Assembly: GCA_036439915.1 (NCBI GenBank)
Contig: GCA_036439915.1_3065.1
Length of the DNA: 64,000 nt
Strand: one strand, 5' to 3'
Source: a phage
Made by a program: the position numbers and the translations under genes. Under the pieces are notes generated by a model. The model had not been told where the DNA came from and did not search any database. It worked only from the letters and a program-made list of their open reading frames with translations. Shown in pieces: positions 29,883-40,306 of the stretch. Every line of letters begins with the position of its first letter. Position 1 is the stretch's first letter.

Positions 29883-30101
29883 TTATTTCTCTAATATAAA
29901 ATAAAAATCATCATCTGTTAAATGATACCGATAGTTTAATTCTACACCATTAGATTTAAAAGCGGTATCATACGGATTTTCTGGATCAATATCAATGTCA
30001 AGAGCTAAAACTTCCCTGAGATACATTTTAAGTAAATAGGGAATAGCTTCAACTTCAGGTATTTCTTCCAAGAATCCGGAGAGGTTAATCGTTAGCCTCA
30101 T
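29883..30101 (-). CDS. hypothetical small protein
   Basis: 72-aa ORF. Confidence 0.4.
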
Positions 30102-30648
30102 ATAAAAAATCCAAACTAGGAGAATCGTCTACAACACTTTTCTTTTCAGCCCCCGGTGTTCTATAGGTTGATTCTTCGTAATGCGTCATTTTATCGTAGA
30201 TGTCTTGAATAAAAGTTTCATCTACTAACGCAACCATATCGTCGTCACGACTGTCATAGACATTGTGAACGAAGTAACTGTATTTCTTTGCAACTTCCTT
30301 ACGTTCTTTTTTAATACGTTGGACGAATGCATTAAAACAAGCTTGAGTTATATATGCATGTGGGTTTTTATATTTCGTTTCATCAAAATTATGAAGCCCC
30401 TTAATAGAAGCTTCTATACCATCTGCAATCATTTCTTGTTTCCAAGACTGGGTGTATCCTGAAAAGTTGAAACGTTTAGATAAGCCTTCTGCAATAAGCA
30501 TAATGGCTAATCCGATAGTATCATTCTGACGAACTACTTTATTTGGGTCTTTATTATTTGCTAATTCTGTTTTCCAATCAATAATAGCTTGTAAAAGCTC
30601 TTTATTGTTTACGTAATTATATTTAGGCTTAGTTTCTGACATTTTCAC
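30085..30648 (-). CDS. 55: late-transcription sigma factor gp55
   Basis: 187-aa ORF (185 aa from third codon Met), close match to remembered T4 gp55. Confidence 0.9.
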
Positions 30649-30724
30649 CTCTTAGCTCAATTCATAGATCTATTATATCATAATATTTGAAGATCTATCT
30701 TAAAGCATAGAGGATGAATCAATT

Positions 30725-30940
30725 TCACGCATTCATTAAGTTAGCAGCTTCGAGAGCTGCATCTAGTGAATCAAATTGATCGACATATTCAATTAATTCG
30801 CCATAATTAGCATATAACCACCATTGGCTAAATTCATACTCAAGGATAAATCCATTTCCTTCAATTTGAGTTAAACCAATACCGTTTGTATTTACTTCAT
30901 ATCCGGCAAGACGTAAATCGTTAATAAGAGCTTCATTCAT
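30725..30940 (-). CDS. hypothetical small protein
   Basis: 71-aa ORF. Confidence 0.4.
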   Translation of the reverse strand: MNEALINDLRLAGYEVNTNGIGLTQIEGNGFILEYEFSQWWLYANYGELIEYVDQFDSLDAALEAANLMNA

Positions 30941-30942
30941 AA

Positions 30943-31269
30943 TTATACCTTAGTAATTTTCAGGTCAGCAAATTTTTTCTTGCGTTGATTTTTCATACGA
31001 CGAATAGTTTTATCAGAAATTTCATGCTTCTGATAAGCTTTAGATTCTACACCAAAAGCTTTAACATCAAATTCTGACAAGATATATTGAACCAACAATT
31101 CACGGACAGTATTACGTCCAATCTTCTGATCATTCTGTTTCATCGTCTGATGAAGCTCTTTTTCCCATTTATCCAAAATTTGAGGAGTTACAATATCGCC
31201 TTTTTCTAGCAGAGAAACTACTTTATCATATGCGTAAGAATTGATGGCGTTTTTAATTTGAATAGTCAT
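30943..31269 (-). CDS. hypothetical protein
   Basis: 108-aa ORF. Confidence 0.45.
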   Translation of the reverse strand: MTIQIKNAINSYAYDKVVSLLEKGDIVTPQILDKWEKELHQTMKQNDQKIGRNTVRELLVQYILSEFDVKAFGVESKAYQKHEISDKTIRRMKNQRKKKFADLKITKV

Positions 31270-31304
31270 ACATTATCCTCAATTACGTTAAAATTTTATT
31301 ATCC

Positions 31305-31323
31305 AAAAAGGGCCGAAGCCCTT
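31305..31323 (-). terminator. intrinsic terminator
   Basis: GGGCTTCGGCCC hairpin plus TTTTTGG. Confidence 0.55.
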
Positions 31324-31522
31324 AGCTAAACTGTTTGGCACCCTTCCAGCCTTCATACATCATTGCGGCTGATATTAATATTGCCCCTGAACAGCTTGAA
31401 TATTTGTGATTCCAAAACCAGTTCAGAAAAACTTCGTCATCAATACCTTGGGCTATCATATTTTCAAAGAACTGACGACGAGCTTCGGCAATTCGTTGCG
31501 ATAATTTAGATTCAGGATTCAT
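31322..31522 (-). CDS. hypothetical small protein
   Basis: 66-aa ORF. Confidence 0.4.
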   Translation of the reverse strand: MNPESKLSQRIAEARRQFFENMIAQGIDDEVFLNWFWNHKYSSCSGAILISAAMMYEGWKGAKQFS

Positions 31523-31654
31523 TTAAATTTTCCAGTTACCGTTTTCATCAATGAATTTAATCCAGTCATTTACTGACCACTTGGTCGTATCGCCTTTTGG
31601 AGCAACATTTAAAGTGTATAATCCTTGTTTAAAAAGCATGCGTTTGATATTCAT
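31523..31654 (-). CDS. hypothetical small protein (start uncertain)
   Basis: ORF 31523..31738 trimmed to internal Met; the hydrophobic N-terminal extension looks like out-of-frame overlap. Confidence 0.3.
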   Translation of the reverse strand: MNIKRMLFKQGLYTLNVAPKGDTTKWSVNDWIKFIDENGNWKI

Positions 31655-31661
31655 ATTTTCC

Positions 31662-31955
31662 TCAGCTATAACGATAACACTCGTTTGATTTACGCTTAGC
31701 AACTCGTTGAGAAGTATTGTAATCAAAATCATCATCAATGTAAACTGATTTTTTCAACTTTCTTACTTCACCACGTAATTGACGATTTAGCTCATCTTTA
31801 ACTTCTGAATCAATGCCTTTCATTCTACGCCATTTATCTGAGCGAAAAATGTTTTCAACCATATCTTTATGACTTACACCATCAGGAGCTTTACGCTTTC
31901 CGAAATAGTCATAATCACGTACTTTTAAATCTTTACGACGATACGTTTTACCCAT
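31662..31955 (-). CDS. hypothetical basic protein
   Basis: 98 aa from internal Met MGKTYRRK; start overlaps an upstream 58-codon ORF (about 31948..32124). Confidence 0.4.
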   Translation of the reverse strand: MGKTYRRKDLKVRDYDYFGKRKAPDGVSHKDMVENIFRSDKWRRMKGIDSEVKDELNRQLRGEVRKLKKSVYIDDDFDYNTSQRVAKRKSNECYRYS

Positions 31956-32154
31956 GGAGTTTAATTTCCTTAGCAACTGAACTAAATACAGCACGGTCAC
32001 AAATCATGTGTTTGTTCCATTTAAGTACAGTATAATGAACATCTAGATCATCTACTGCTGTAACAATAACAATATGTCCGTTAACACGATAATACTGATC
32101 CCTTTTAATCTCTTTATCAACCATATCAAATCCTCAAAGGCAATTCATATGTTA

Positions 32155-32184
32155 ATAATACCACAGTTTGAACTTCTTGTAAAC
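32155..32184 (-). promoter_or_regulatory. sigma70-type early promoter
   Basis: GTTTAC, 18 bp, TGGTATTAT on minus strand. Confidence 0.55.
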
Positions 32185-32246
32185 AACTTTGTGAAAATTA
32201 TTTTAGGGAATGATAAGAAGGGAACGATAGCTTAACAGAATGTGAG

Positions 32247-32268
32247 AAAGAAAGGCCCAGAGGGCCCG
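32247..32268 (-). terminator. intrinsic terminator after nrdH
   Basis: GGGCCCTCTGGGCC hairpin plus TTTCTTTCTC. Confidence 0.5.
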
Positions 32269-32270
32269 TC

Positions 32271-32594
32271 TTAGTCTTCTATGATATCTCTATCATATCC
32301 AAGTGAAATGAGAGTTTCTTTGAAGTGTTTAATGTTCTTTTGTCTAGAATCATTAATGAAAATGACTGGATAACGAATGTTAAGAGATGTGAATCCAGCG
32401 CGTTTAGCAAGAGATACAATCAGCGGACGATCATACTCAATCTTACCATTATTTGTAAGAACTTTATAGAAAGTAAAAGGAGCATTGAGCTCCTTTAGAA
32501 GTTTTGTAACTGATTGACATCCAGGACAACGACCTACTTCATCTGGAATTCCATAGACTTCAATCTTATTCTTTAAGTTCGAGTTTTGTTCCAC
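32271..32594 (-). CDS. nrdH: glutaredoxin-like protein NrdH
   Basis: CPGC redox motif; start taken as GTG at 32594 (an ATG lies at 32642); start uncertain. Confidence 0.6.
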   Translation of the reverse strand: MEQNSNLKNKIEVYGIPDEVGRCPGCQSVTKLLKELNAPFTFYKVLTNNGKIEYDRPLIVSLAKRAGFTSLNIRYPVIFINDSRQKNIKHFKETLISLGYDRDIIED

Positions 32595-32877
32595 GAGAAA
32601 TAATTCCTTGATAAGCCCAGTATGGCGGGTTAACAGAATCATCGCCAGAATTTTCTTCAGGAAAATAAACCTGGATAACAAATCCAGATGCATCAAAGGT
32701 AAAATAAACCGTAGGTAATTCACCTAACAATTCAGCGCGGTTATTAATTTCTTCAAGTTCTCGTTCACGTCCAGCCCAAAAACTAGGATTTAGACTACAT
32801 TCATAAAAATAATAGTCATTACCGAACATATCAAAACCCTTCCAACTCTCTACCACATACCGCTCAAAACTAATCAT
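32566..32877 (-). CDS. hypothetical protein
   Basis: 103-aa ORF. Confidence 0.45.
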   Translation of the reverse strand: MISFERYVVESWKGFDMFGNDYYFYECSLNPSFWAGRERELEEINNRAELLGELPTVYFTFDASGFVIQVYFPEENSGDDSVNPPYWAYQGIISRGTKLELKE

Positions 32878-32879
32878 AA

Positions 32880-33095
32880 TTAAGCCTTTTTATCAAGAAC
32901 AGAATTCAGTTTGTTAGTAATTTTATCCAGACGCTCATTGAACTCGCTAGAAGATAAGCCTTTTTCTGGAGAAATCAAACTAATCACGAAAAATATAGCA
33001 ATAAAAGGAATAAGAAAAATAGCACCAACTGCCATAAACAAAAAGAATGTTACAGTTGTAAGAAAATCAGCTAAACCTTTACGAAATTTATACAT
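32880..33095 (-). CDS. small membrane protein
   Basis: 71 aa with one long hydrophobic segment. Confidence 0.45.
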   Translation of the reverse strand: MYKFRKGLADFLTTVTFFLFMAVGAIFLIPFIAIFFVISLISPEKGLSSSEFNERLDKITNKLNSVLDKKA

Positions 33096-33210
33096 ATTTT
33101 ACCCTTAATTGATTAACCAAGCATTGATAAGTACTAAACTATACTGCGAATAAAATTCTGGACCAAAATGAAAAACCATATCATTTATAGTATCAATAAT
33201 ATAATTCAGT

Positions 33211-33681
33211 TTAATCATGTTTCCACACCCCATCGGTATTTGACCAAAGTCGCTGATTATCTGAACCTCGCCACAGCTTTTTGGTCGGAAGATTTTTCTC
33301 ATACTTCCCATCAATAATAACATCAACATATTTAAGCATTTCTAGTTGTTTAATATCTTCAAACTTGTACCCTGTCCACAACCAAATGCTTTTATTTGGA
33401 TAAAGATTTTTTACTGTTTGAACAATGCAATGAACAACATCTCGGTTATCAGGATAAAGAGGGTCTCCTCCAGTTATAGTTAATCCTTCTATATAATCAT
33501 TATTCAAACATTCAATTAATTGTTCTAGTGTTTCACCAGTGAATGGAATGCCATTTCTAGCATTCCATGTTGATTTATTATAACACCCTTCACATTTATG
33601 CAAACACCCCGTAACGAAAAGAACGACCCTGCATCCAGGGCCATTTACAAAATCGCAGGGATAAAATCTATCGTAATTCAT
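33211..33681 (-). CDS. nrdG: anaerobic ribonucleotide reductase activase NrdG (radical SAM)
   Basis: 156 aa, CxxxCxxC cluster motif (CLHKCEGC), same size as T4 NrdG. Confidence 0.85.
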   Translation of the reverse strand: MNYDRFYPCDFVNGPGCRVVLFVTGCLHKCEGCYNKSTWNARNGIPFTGETLEQLIECLNNDYIEGLTITGGDPLYPDNRDVVHCIVQTVKNLYPNKSIWLWTGYKFEDIKQLEMLKYVDVIIDGKYEKNLPTKKLWRGSDNQRLWSNTDGVWKHD

Positions 33682-35009
33682 TGGTGTTTAACCCTATGCA
33701 TGATTTCTTTATTTTTGCCAAGATTAAATCCGCGCTCGTTCGGATTCCCCAAATAGCCGCATGTTCTTCTTATTGTATTCATCTTTTTAGGATCAGTTTC
33801 TCCACAAACAGAACAAACAAATCCGTTTTCGGTTGGAGTCATTTCATGGGTACTTCCACATGTAAAACATTTATCTACTGGCATATTAACACCAAAATAA
33901 TCTAAATGTTGTGCAGCATAATCCCATACAGCCTCAAGACCTTTTAGGTTATTTTTCATATCAGGAAGTTCAACATAAGAAATGTGACCGCCTGTTGCAA
34001 TGAAATGATATGGGGCTTCGCGAGAAATCTTTTCAAACGGAGTGATATTTTCTTCTACTGAAACATGGAAACTATTAGTGTACCATCCTTTATCAGTAAC
34101 ATCTTTTACACTTCCATATTTTTCTGTATCAAGTTTACAGAAGCGATAACAAAGGTTTTCAGCAGGAGTAGAATACAGACTAAAAGCAAAACCGGTTCTT
34201 TCAGTCCACTGCTTAAGACGAGCATTCATTTTAGTTAAAATTTCCTGTCCAATATCGCGACCGGCAAGAATATTCAATTCGTGAATACCAATGTATCCTA
34301 GGGACACTGAACTTCTACCGTTTTTAAATAACTCAATTATATCGTCATCAGGTTTAAGACGAACCCCGAATGCACCTTCTTGATAAAGAATAGGAGCAAC
34401 AGTCGCTTTAACTCCTTTTAAGGAACTAATTCTACACATCAAAGCTTCAAAACATAAATCCATTCGCTCATTGAACAATTCAGTAAATTTCTGTTCATTG
34501 AACTGTGTTCCAATATAAGAATCTAACGCAATACGAGGAAGATTTAATGTTACAACACCAAGATTATTACGTCCATCAAGAATTTCATTACCAGTCGAAT
34601 CTTTCCATACGCCCAAGAAACTACGACAACCCATTGGAGAAACAGGAATAGATGAACCAGTGATAGCTTTGTTATTCTTAGCTGAAATGATATCAGGATA
34701 CATTCTTTTGCTTGCACACTCTAAAGCAAGCTGCTTAATATCATAGTTCGGGTCATCTTTATAAAGATTAACACCTTCTTCAACGAACATAACAAGTTTA
34801 GGGAAAATAGGAGTTATCCCATCACGACCGAGACCTTTAATGCGATTTTTCAGAATTGCTTTCTGAATCATTCGTTCAGTCCAGTCAGTTCCCGTACCAA
34901 ATGTAATTGTTACAAAAGGCGTTTGTCCGTTTGAACTAAAGAGAGTATTTACTTCATCATTATATTCAGCATGAGTCGCAAATTCATGCCCGTTTATATG
35001 AAACAACAA
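33678..35009 (-). CDS. nrdD: anaerobic ribonucleotide reductase NrdD, exon 2 (3' splice junction approximate, probably near 34965)
   Basis: C-terminal glycyl radical motif RTCGYL and zinc ribbon CxxC...CxxC; ORF-track start is TTG and likely lies inside the intron. Confidence 0.8.
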   Translation of the reverse strand: MLFHINGHEFATHAEYNDEVNTLFSSNGQTPFVTITFGTGTDWTERMIQKAILKNRIKGLGRDGITPIFPKLVMFVEEGVNLYKDDPNYDIKQLALECASKRMYPDIISAKNNKAITGSSIPVSPMGCRSFLGVWKDSTGNEILDGRNNLGVVTLNLPRIALDSYIGTQFNEQKFTELFNERMDLCFEALMCRISSLKGVKATVAPILYQEGAFGVRLKPDDDIIELFKNGRSSVSLGYIGIHELNILAGRDIGQEILTKMNARLKQWTERTGFAFSLYSTPAENLCYRFCKLDTEKYGSVKDVTDKGWYTNSFHVSVEENITPFEKISREAPYHFIATGGHISYVELPDMKNNLKGLEAVWDYAAQHLDYFGVNMPVDKCFTCGSTHEMTPTENGFVCSVCGETDPKKMNTIRRTCGYLGNPNERGFNLGKNKEIMHRVKHQ

Positions 35010-36003
35010 AATTTGGATAGTCCATAGATATGCAACGTTCTTTTATAGTGCTAGGATGAAAATTTAGCGCTTTAGCTGCTTCTATATAAGACGTATACTT
35101 AATACCGTCAACAACCACATATTCAGGAACTTTATGAATAGTAGTCTTAATACTCAAAACAAGAGGATGAGTTTCGACTTCACTTTCAGTGCAATTTAAA
35201 TATTCCGCTGCTTTTTTAAAACTTCTAAAAGTTTTATTTTTAAGCTTTATCGATACTTGTTTTTTACTTTTTCGACTATTGATATTATTTTGCACATGTT
35301 CCGTAGATCTTCCGTTTTTAGCATAATATTCAGCTACAGAAGATTTTATATTGTTTTTATGAGATTCGGATAACACTTTACCCTTATGAGCATCTCTTAA
35401 TTTTTGAATATGTTCTTCAGTATCCGGATGCTTATAAAACTTTTTACCGCCTATGGATTTATTTAAACATTTTTTGCTATAAAAATATTTACGTATGACC
35501 TCTTCTTCATGTTTTAATGCATCTTTATAACTATCAAATGTTTTTAAAATTATCCATTTAGTAGGTGTATCAGTTTTTAAGCGTTCATTTATATACTTAG
35601 ATGACGTTGTGTAAGTTTTCCAGTTTGTGGGCTTGTTTTTAATTGTTCTAAATTTTTTATAACCGATATAAATGTCGCCATTAGAAAACTTAACTAAGTA
35701 TGTAAATGCGTCTTTATCTTTTATTTTAGTACAACGTCTTTTTATCCATTTCATTGTTTCACCTCGTATTCATAAGATAATCTTATTTATACAAGATGAC
35801 TGCTGCATGTCGCCATGCAGATTAGACTATATCTTCATCTTTCGATGCCGGCCGTTTCGAATAGCATTAGCTTCTATTCTACACCGCTACATTCATCACG
35901 GTTAGTCGTTAGGCATTTAGTTTTTCTAAAAACATTTAGCACGGGATTGTCTACTAGAGAGGTTCCCCGTTTAGACCGGTTTTACATGAGCCTGAATTAA
36001 ATT
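34966..36003 (-). other. group I intron in nrdD (sunY-type), boundaries approximate
   Basis: interrupts nrdD reading frame; contains CTAAACGGGGAACCTCTCTAGTAGACAATCCCGTGCTAAAT core as in the remembered T4 nrdD intron; about 1.04 kb. Confidence 0.75.
34984..35754 (-). mobile_element. intron-encoded GIY-YIG homing endonuclease (I-TevII-like)
   Basis: 256 aa; YLVKFSNGDIYIGY GIY-YIG-like motif, linker repeats, C-terminal HTH-like segment. Confidence 0.7.
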
Positions 36004-36542
36004 AACTCATACGCCTGAAACGCATCGTATACGTCTTTTTCTGTTTTAGATTGGGCATAATTCAACGCATCAGTGATTTGCCATTTTTCCGCGTCCTCAA
36101 TATGTTTCGCATAGGTACGTTTAACATAAGGAGAAAGTACTTTATCTACATTCGCAAAAGTCGTTCCGCCATATTGATGGGAAGCAACCTGTGCGGTAAT
36201 TTGTGCCATAATTGCAGTAGCAACGCCAATTGATTTAGGAGTTTCAATCTGTGCATTACCGAGCTTAAATCCGTTCTCAAGCATTCCTTTTAAATCTACT
36301 AAACAGCAATTAGTAAATGGAAGAGCAGGGGAATAATCAATATCATGGAAATGGATAATTCCGCTTTCATGTGCTTTCATAATAAAAGACGGGACCATAT
36401 TTTTGGCAATGTGTTTAGACACAATACCAGCCATAAGGTCCCGTTGAGTTGGAAAAACACGAGAATCTTTATTAGCATTCTCGTTTAAAAGGTCTTTATT
36501 AGTTTTATGAATCAATCCTTCAATTTCTTTTTCAATTGTCAT
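36004..36542 (-). CDS. nrdD: anaerobic ribonucleotide reductase NrdD, exon 1 (5' splice junction approximate)
   Basis: 181-aa ORF matching NrdD N-terminus; stops at intron start. Confidence 0.8.
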
Positions 36543-37012
36543 TTTAAACTCTTTCTAAGCTGCTTCTTAAATGAAGCTATTAATTGTGTTTTAGTGTCAG
36601 ATTCATTATATTCAAATCCTCTTTGAAGCATCTCAGCCATCATTTCCTCTTTTCCTAAACGAGAAAATTCCTTTGATTTATCTCCAACAAAGTTAGGGTG
36701 AATATTATTTTGGGTGTAATCGGATTTTAAATAAGTAAGTAAATTTTCTAACCATTCAAGATAATCAACACCTTGTCCCTTTAAGCCAGAACGATTAAAT
36801 TTGTGTTTCATTTGACCTTCTGCTGCATTACAGAGATTACAAAGCAATCCACGTACCTTTCCAGCTTTCGGTCCATTTAATTCATGGTCATGGTCAAGGT
36901 GATTAGCTTGAATATCAGGATTTAATTCTCGTTGGCAAATTAAGCATTTACCATTTTGTGCATTATAAAATTTTTGTTTTTCTTCTTTGTATAATTTGCC
37001 AGTCAATAACAT
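36539..37012 (-). CDS. 49: endonuclease VII (Holliday junction resolvase) gp49
   Basis: 157 aa, zinc-binding CxxC...CNLCN, same size as T4 gp49. Confidence 0.85.
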   Translation of the reverse strand: MLLTGKLYKEEKQKFYNAQNGKCLICQRELNPDIQANHLDHDHELNGPKAGKVRGLLCNLCNAAEGQMKHKFNRSGLKGQGVDYLEWLENLLTYLKSDYTQNNIHPNFVGDKSKEFSRLGKEEMMAEMLQRGFEYNESDTKTQLIASFKKQLRKSLK

Positions 37013-37045
37013 AATAAAACCCTTACCTTAAATAGATAAGGGTAT
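37013..37045 (-). terminator. intrinsic terminator upstream of gene 49
   Basis: ACCCTTA...TAAGGGT stem plus TTTTATT on minus strand. Confidence 0.45.
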
Positions 37046-37230
37046 TTATTATTTTCAAGTATTGTAAAACATTCGATGCAATCGCTTATATTGCCGAATC
37101 ATCTTTTTAGTAGGACGAGAATAAGTTCCTACACAAGTGGTCATATTAGGGTCTGTAGAATTTCCTTTAATAAAAAGTTTCCAAACCTTACCACCATTTA
37201 ACTTTTCAGTATAAATCAATTCAGTTTTCA

Positions 37231-37695
37231 TTAAAATGCTCGGTCAGAAAAAGAAATTTGAGTTTCAAGCCATTCAATATATTCTGCCGCAGCTTGCATC
37301 AAATTTCCTTCATAACCATCGTTATTTTCTTGCGCAGCTAATTTAGCTAATGCATATGAAATGCGTTCACCTTGAAAAGCGGCTTTAGGTTTATGAATAG
37401 CTTGATCAACTCGTTCTACGACTTCTTCAATTTCGCCATTTTCTACTGATTCAGTATTCCACAAGCACCAATACGTAATTGGCTTATCGTAAATGTTAAT
37501 AATCTTTCCATCAGAAAGTTCAATTTCAATAATTCCAGTATCAGGTTCTATATCATCTTCACATTCTTTTACAAGTTCACGAACTTTAAAGACAGTACCT
37601 GCACTAAGTTCAGGCCAGTAATTACACAGCCCTTTATCAGTACGATTAATTCTAAACCACTTATCTACTGTAATCATGTCCCATCTCCATATCAA
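37231..37695 (-). CDS. hypothetical protein (pin position)
   Basis: 154-aa ORF; a 58-codon coupled ORF (about 37056..37232) lies downstream. Confidence 0.4.
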   Translation of the reverse strand: MIWRWDMITVDKWFRINRTDKGLCNYWPELSAGTVFKVRELVKECEDDIEPDTGIIEIELSDGKIINIYDKPITYWCLWNTESVENGEIEEVVERVDQAIHKPKAAFQGERISYALAKLAAQENNDGYEGNLMQAAAEYIEWLETQISFSDRAF

Positions 37696-37800
37696 TTATG
37701 TCATTTATTGTAGGTTCATTATATACTGTTTCTTCATCAGTGTAAACCGGTTCTTCCGGCTCTGGCTCTACAGTTTCCCATCTAGCCGCCCACCAGGGTT

Positions 37801-38121
37801 TTATAGCGTAATCCATTCTCGTATTGTCTGAGTTACTACACGTTCACGGGGCTCGACTAATTCAACAGTCGGAACTGCATAATACCAGTCAGAATGGTAA
37901 GAACCTGAGCGAGATTCATTTACAGACACATGAATGTTATGTTTTGGACTAAAATAAACGCACTGCCGATATTGGCATTTGCCATCTTGTACCCAGTCTT
38001 CTATTTCGACAGGTTTAAGATAATCCGAAAAATCGAAATCATAGTTTTCTGAAAATGCATCATGGTCTTCGATGATTTCACTCAGAACTGCATCAACATC
38101 TAATTTATTTTCAATAGTCAT
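37801..38121 (-). CDS. hypothetical protein
   Basis: 106-aa ORF. Confidence 0.45.
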   Translation of the reverse strand: MTIENKLDVDAVLSEIIEDHDAFSENYDFDFSDYLKPVEIEDWVQDGKCQYRQCVYFSPKHNIHVSVNESRSGSYHSDWYYAVPTVELVEPRERVVTQTIREWITL

Positions 38122-38131
38122 TTGTCACCAC

Positions 38132-38341
38132 TTAATTTCGCAATTTATTAAGTTCTTCATAATCAATCCAGGATTCTAATCCTGATGGCAAATCAGATTC
38201 AATTTCCCAAAGAAGCTCTTCAATTTTCTGAAGACGATCTAATTCTTCAGCTGGAATAGTAACCATTGATGGAGTTCTTGATACACTAATATCGTAAATC
38301 ATATTTACCCCAGTTTGACCATACAATCGCCGTATTTCCAT
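38132..38341 (-). CDS. hypothetical small protein
   Basis: 69-aa ORF; true start may be the internal Met. Confidence 0.4.
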   Translation of the reverse strand: MEIRRLYGQTGVNMIYDISVSRTPSMVTIPAEELDRLQKIEELLWEIESDLPSGLESWIDYEELNKLRN

Positions 38342-38520
38342 TTAGAAATAGACTTTTCACCATTAGAATAATAAACTTCGAGTTTAGCACGGCCATTTTT
38401 AATTTGAATAACCTTTGCTGTCATCAAAGTTCCATACCCATAATAAACTGCAACCTCATCACCCACATATACCGCGCTTCCGCGGTAGTCATGGATATAA
38501 TCAGTTCCTTCAAGCATCAT
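38305..38520 (-). CDS. hypothetical small protein
   Basis: 71-aa ORF, ATGA overlap with nrdC. Confidence 0.45.
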   Translation of the reverse strand: MMLEGTDYIHDYRGSAVYVGDEVAVYYGYGTLMTAKVIQIKNGRAKLEVYYSNGEKSISKWKYGDCMVKLG

Positions 38521-38780
38521 TTAAAGTATTCCCGCAATTGGTCAAATCCACCAATATGACTTCCATCAGGAGCAAATACCTGAGGCATCGTCAATCCGAT
38601 TTGAGTATCACGACCCAGTTTAGTCAGAAGCTCAGCGATTTTCTCATCATCAAAAACACCTTTTTCCGGCATAATGTTGATAAATTCAAACGGCTGTTTC
38701 TTCACAGTCAAGAGACGTTTTGCATTATCGCAATACACACATTTATGGATGCTGCTATCATAACCATATACTTTAAACAT
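38517..38780 (-). CDS. nrdC: thioredoxin/glutaredoxin NrdC
   Basis: 87 aa, CVYC redox motif, same size as T4 NrdC. Confidence 0.8.
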   Translation of the reverse strand: MFKVYGYDSSIHKCVYCDNAKRLLTVKKQPFEFINIMPEKGVFDDEKIAELLTKLGRDTQIGLTMPQVFAPDGSHIGGFDQLREYFK

Positions 38781-38781
38781 A

Positions 38782-39024
38782 TTATTCCTTAATTCCTAGT
38801 ACTTGTTTAAAAGTCTCGTTATAATCAAGACTTTGGCCCGTTTGTTCTTTATGTTTGTATATAATATCACTTACTTCTGATAGCATATTTTTATATGAAC
38901 GAGTTAAAGCAGATTTAAGCACGCTGTATCTATCAGGAAATTTACCGTGTTCATTATAATACGCTATTGCTAATTCACGGACTGCCTTTTCAGCAATCTC
39001 CATATATTCTTTACGCTTGGTCAT
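38782..39024 (-). CDS. hypothetical protein (nrdC.1 position)
   Basis: 80-aa ORF. Confidence 0.45.
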   Translation of the reverse strand: MTKRKEYMEIAEKAVRELAIAYYNEHGKFPDRYSVLKSALTRSYKNMLSEVSDIIYKHKEQTGQSLDYNETFKQVLGIKE

Positions 39025-39328
39025 TTTCTTCTCGGTTAAATCGGTGTTTGCAATGACGACATTTATAACGAAGATTACTAGTCTGCCAATGAATTAATTG
39101 AACCTGTTCAGTACCACATTTTGGGCAGTTCGGAACATTCTTAGAAGCCCTTTCGCGGCGTTCAACCATAACCATAATGGCATCCCAGGCTGGAGGTTTA
39201 AAGTCTAAATCATCGCAACCATGAATCTTTCCACGCATTTCCAGATCGTCTTCTTCACCAGCCATAATAATTTTAATTAGACTGGAATTACTTGAAGCTG
39301 CAATATCTTCTAATAGACGCTTTTTCAT
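39011..39328 (-). CDS. zinc-ribbon protein (nrdC.2 position)
   Basis: 105 aa, CPKCG...CRHC four-Cys ribbon. Confidence 0.5.
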   Translation of the reverse strand: MKKRLLEDIAASSNSSLIKIIMAGEEDDLEMRGKIHGCDDLDFKPPAWDAIMVMVERRERASKNVPNCPKCGTEQVQLIHWQTSNLRYKCRHCKHRFNREENDQA

Positions 39329-40254
39329 TTCAATACCTCAATAGCATTGCGTAAACCATTTGCTTTTGCATTAAGAGCTTTTAACAATTTGGTATGTTCG
39401 GCAATCTGGGCTTCAACTTCAATCAAACGAGCATTGAGATATTCGCGTTCTTCGCTCAGGTTATCAACCTTTTCTACTTTAGGTTCTTTTACAACTGGCT
39501 TATATGTATTAGGGTTCTTCAGTTTAATTAGAATACGTGAACTGTATAACATTGAACCATTATTTTCGGTTTCGTCATACATTTCTACTACGTCCATGAT
39601 TTTTAACATCATGCGGAGTTTATAAGATAACGAACGAATAGTTTTGTTGTGCTTATTAATTTCTCTAGCTGTCATGGTGCCGAGATTACGTGAGTAATAA
39701 TAAGGAACCTGGATATTAATTAATACTGATGAACCACCTGGCTTGTGCGTTACTTCATCAGCAATAACCCAGTCCTTAACATGAACTGTATTTGTACGGT
39801 CATCGCCTGCGGTAAATAGTTTACGAGCATGCTTAAAAAGCATATTAACTTGGTCATTGAATTGACAAGCGAATTTATCAGCAAATTTAGTTTCAGGAAT
39901 GGTAGATAACCAATCAGCCAAATGGGTCTTTTTAACATCGTTAACAATAGTAAATTCAACCAAATCGGTTATAGATGTCGCAGATTTAATGAAGCTCGGC
40001 TTCATAAAGTTTTTAATGTTATCACTAGCTACAGTAGAAGATAACAGACGAGAACGTTTAAACCATTGAAGCAAATTGCCTAACGAATGAGAATAAGCGT
40101 TTTGAGTATCTTTACAGATATGATTTTCCTGGCCAACATATTGAAGGAAATCACGAAGAATATTATTGATTACTGCTCTGTGTCCTATCTGATAATTACG
40201 ATGTTTAGTAATAAGACTATCAAAATAATCAATATAATGTTTACGAGTTTTCAT
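39325..40254 (-). CDS. hypothetical protein with C-terminal coiled coil
   Basis: 309 aa, N-terminus MKTR..., C-terminal heptad-like [21 protein letters not shown]. Confidence 0.55.
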   Translation of the reverse strand: MKTRKHYIDYFDSLITKHRNYQIGHRAVINNILRDFLQYVGQENHICKDTQNAYSHSLGNLLQWFKRSRLLSSTVASDNIKNFMKPSFIKSATSITDLVEFTIVNDVKKTHLADWLSTIPETKFADKFACQFNDQVNMLFKHARKLFTAGDDRTNTVHVKDWVIADEVTHKPGGSSVLINIQVPYYYSRNLGTMTAREINKHNKTIRSLSYKLRMMLKIMDVVEMYDETENNGSMLYSSRILIKLKNPNTYKPVVKEPKVEKVDNLSEEREYLNARLIEVEAQIAEHTKLLKALNAKANGLRNAIEVLK

Positions 40255-40306
40255 ATTCTTCTCACTTGGTTAATGGTTTATACTCCGAGCCATCCTTGGC
40301 TTTAAA

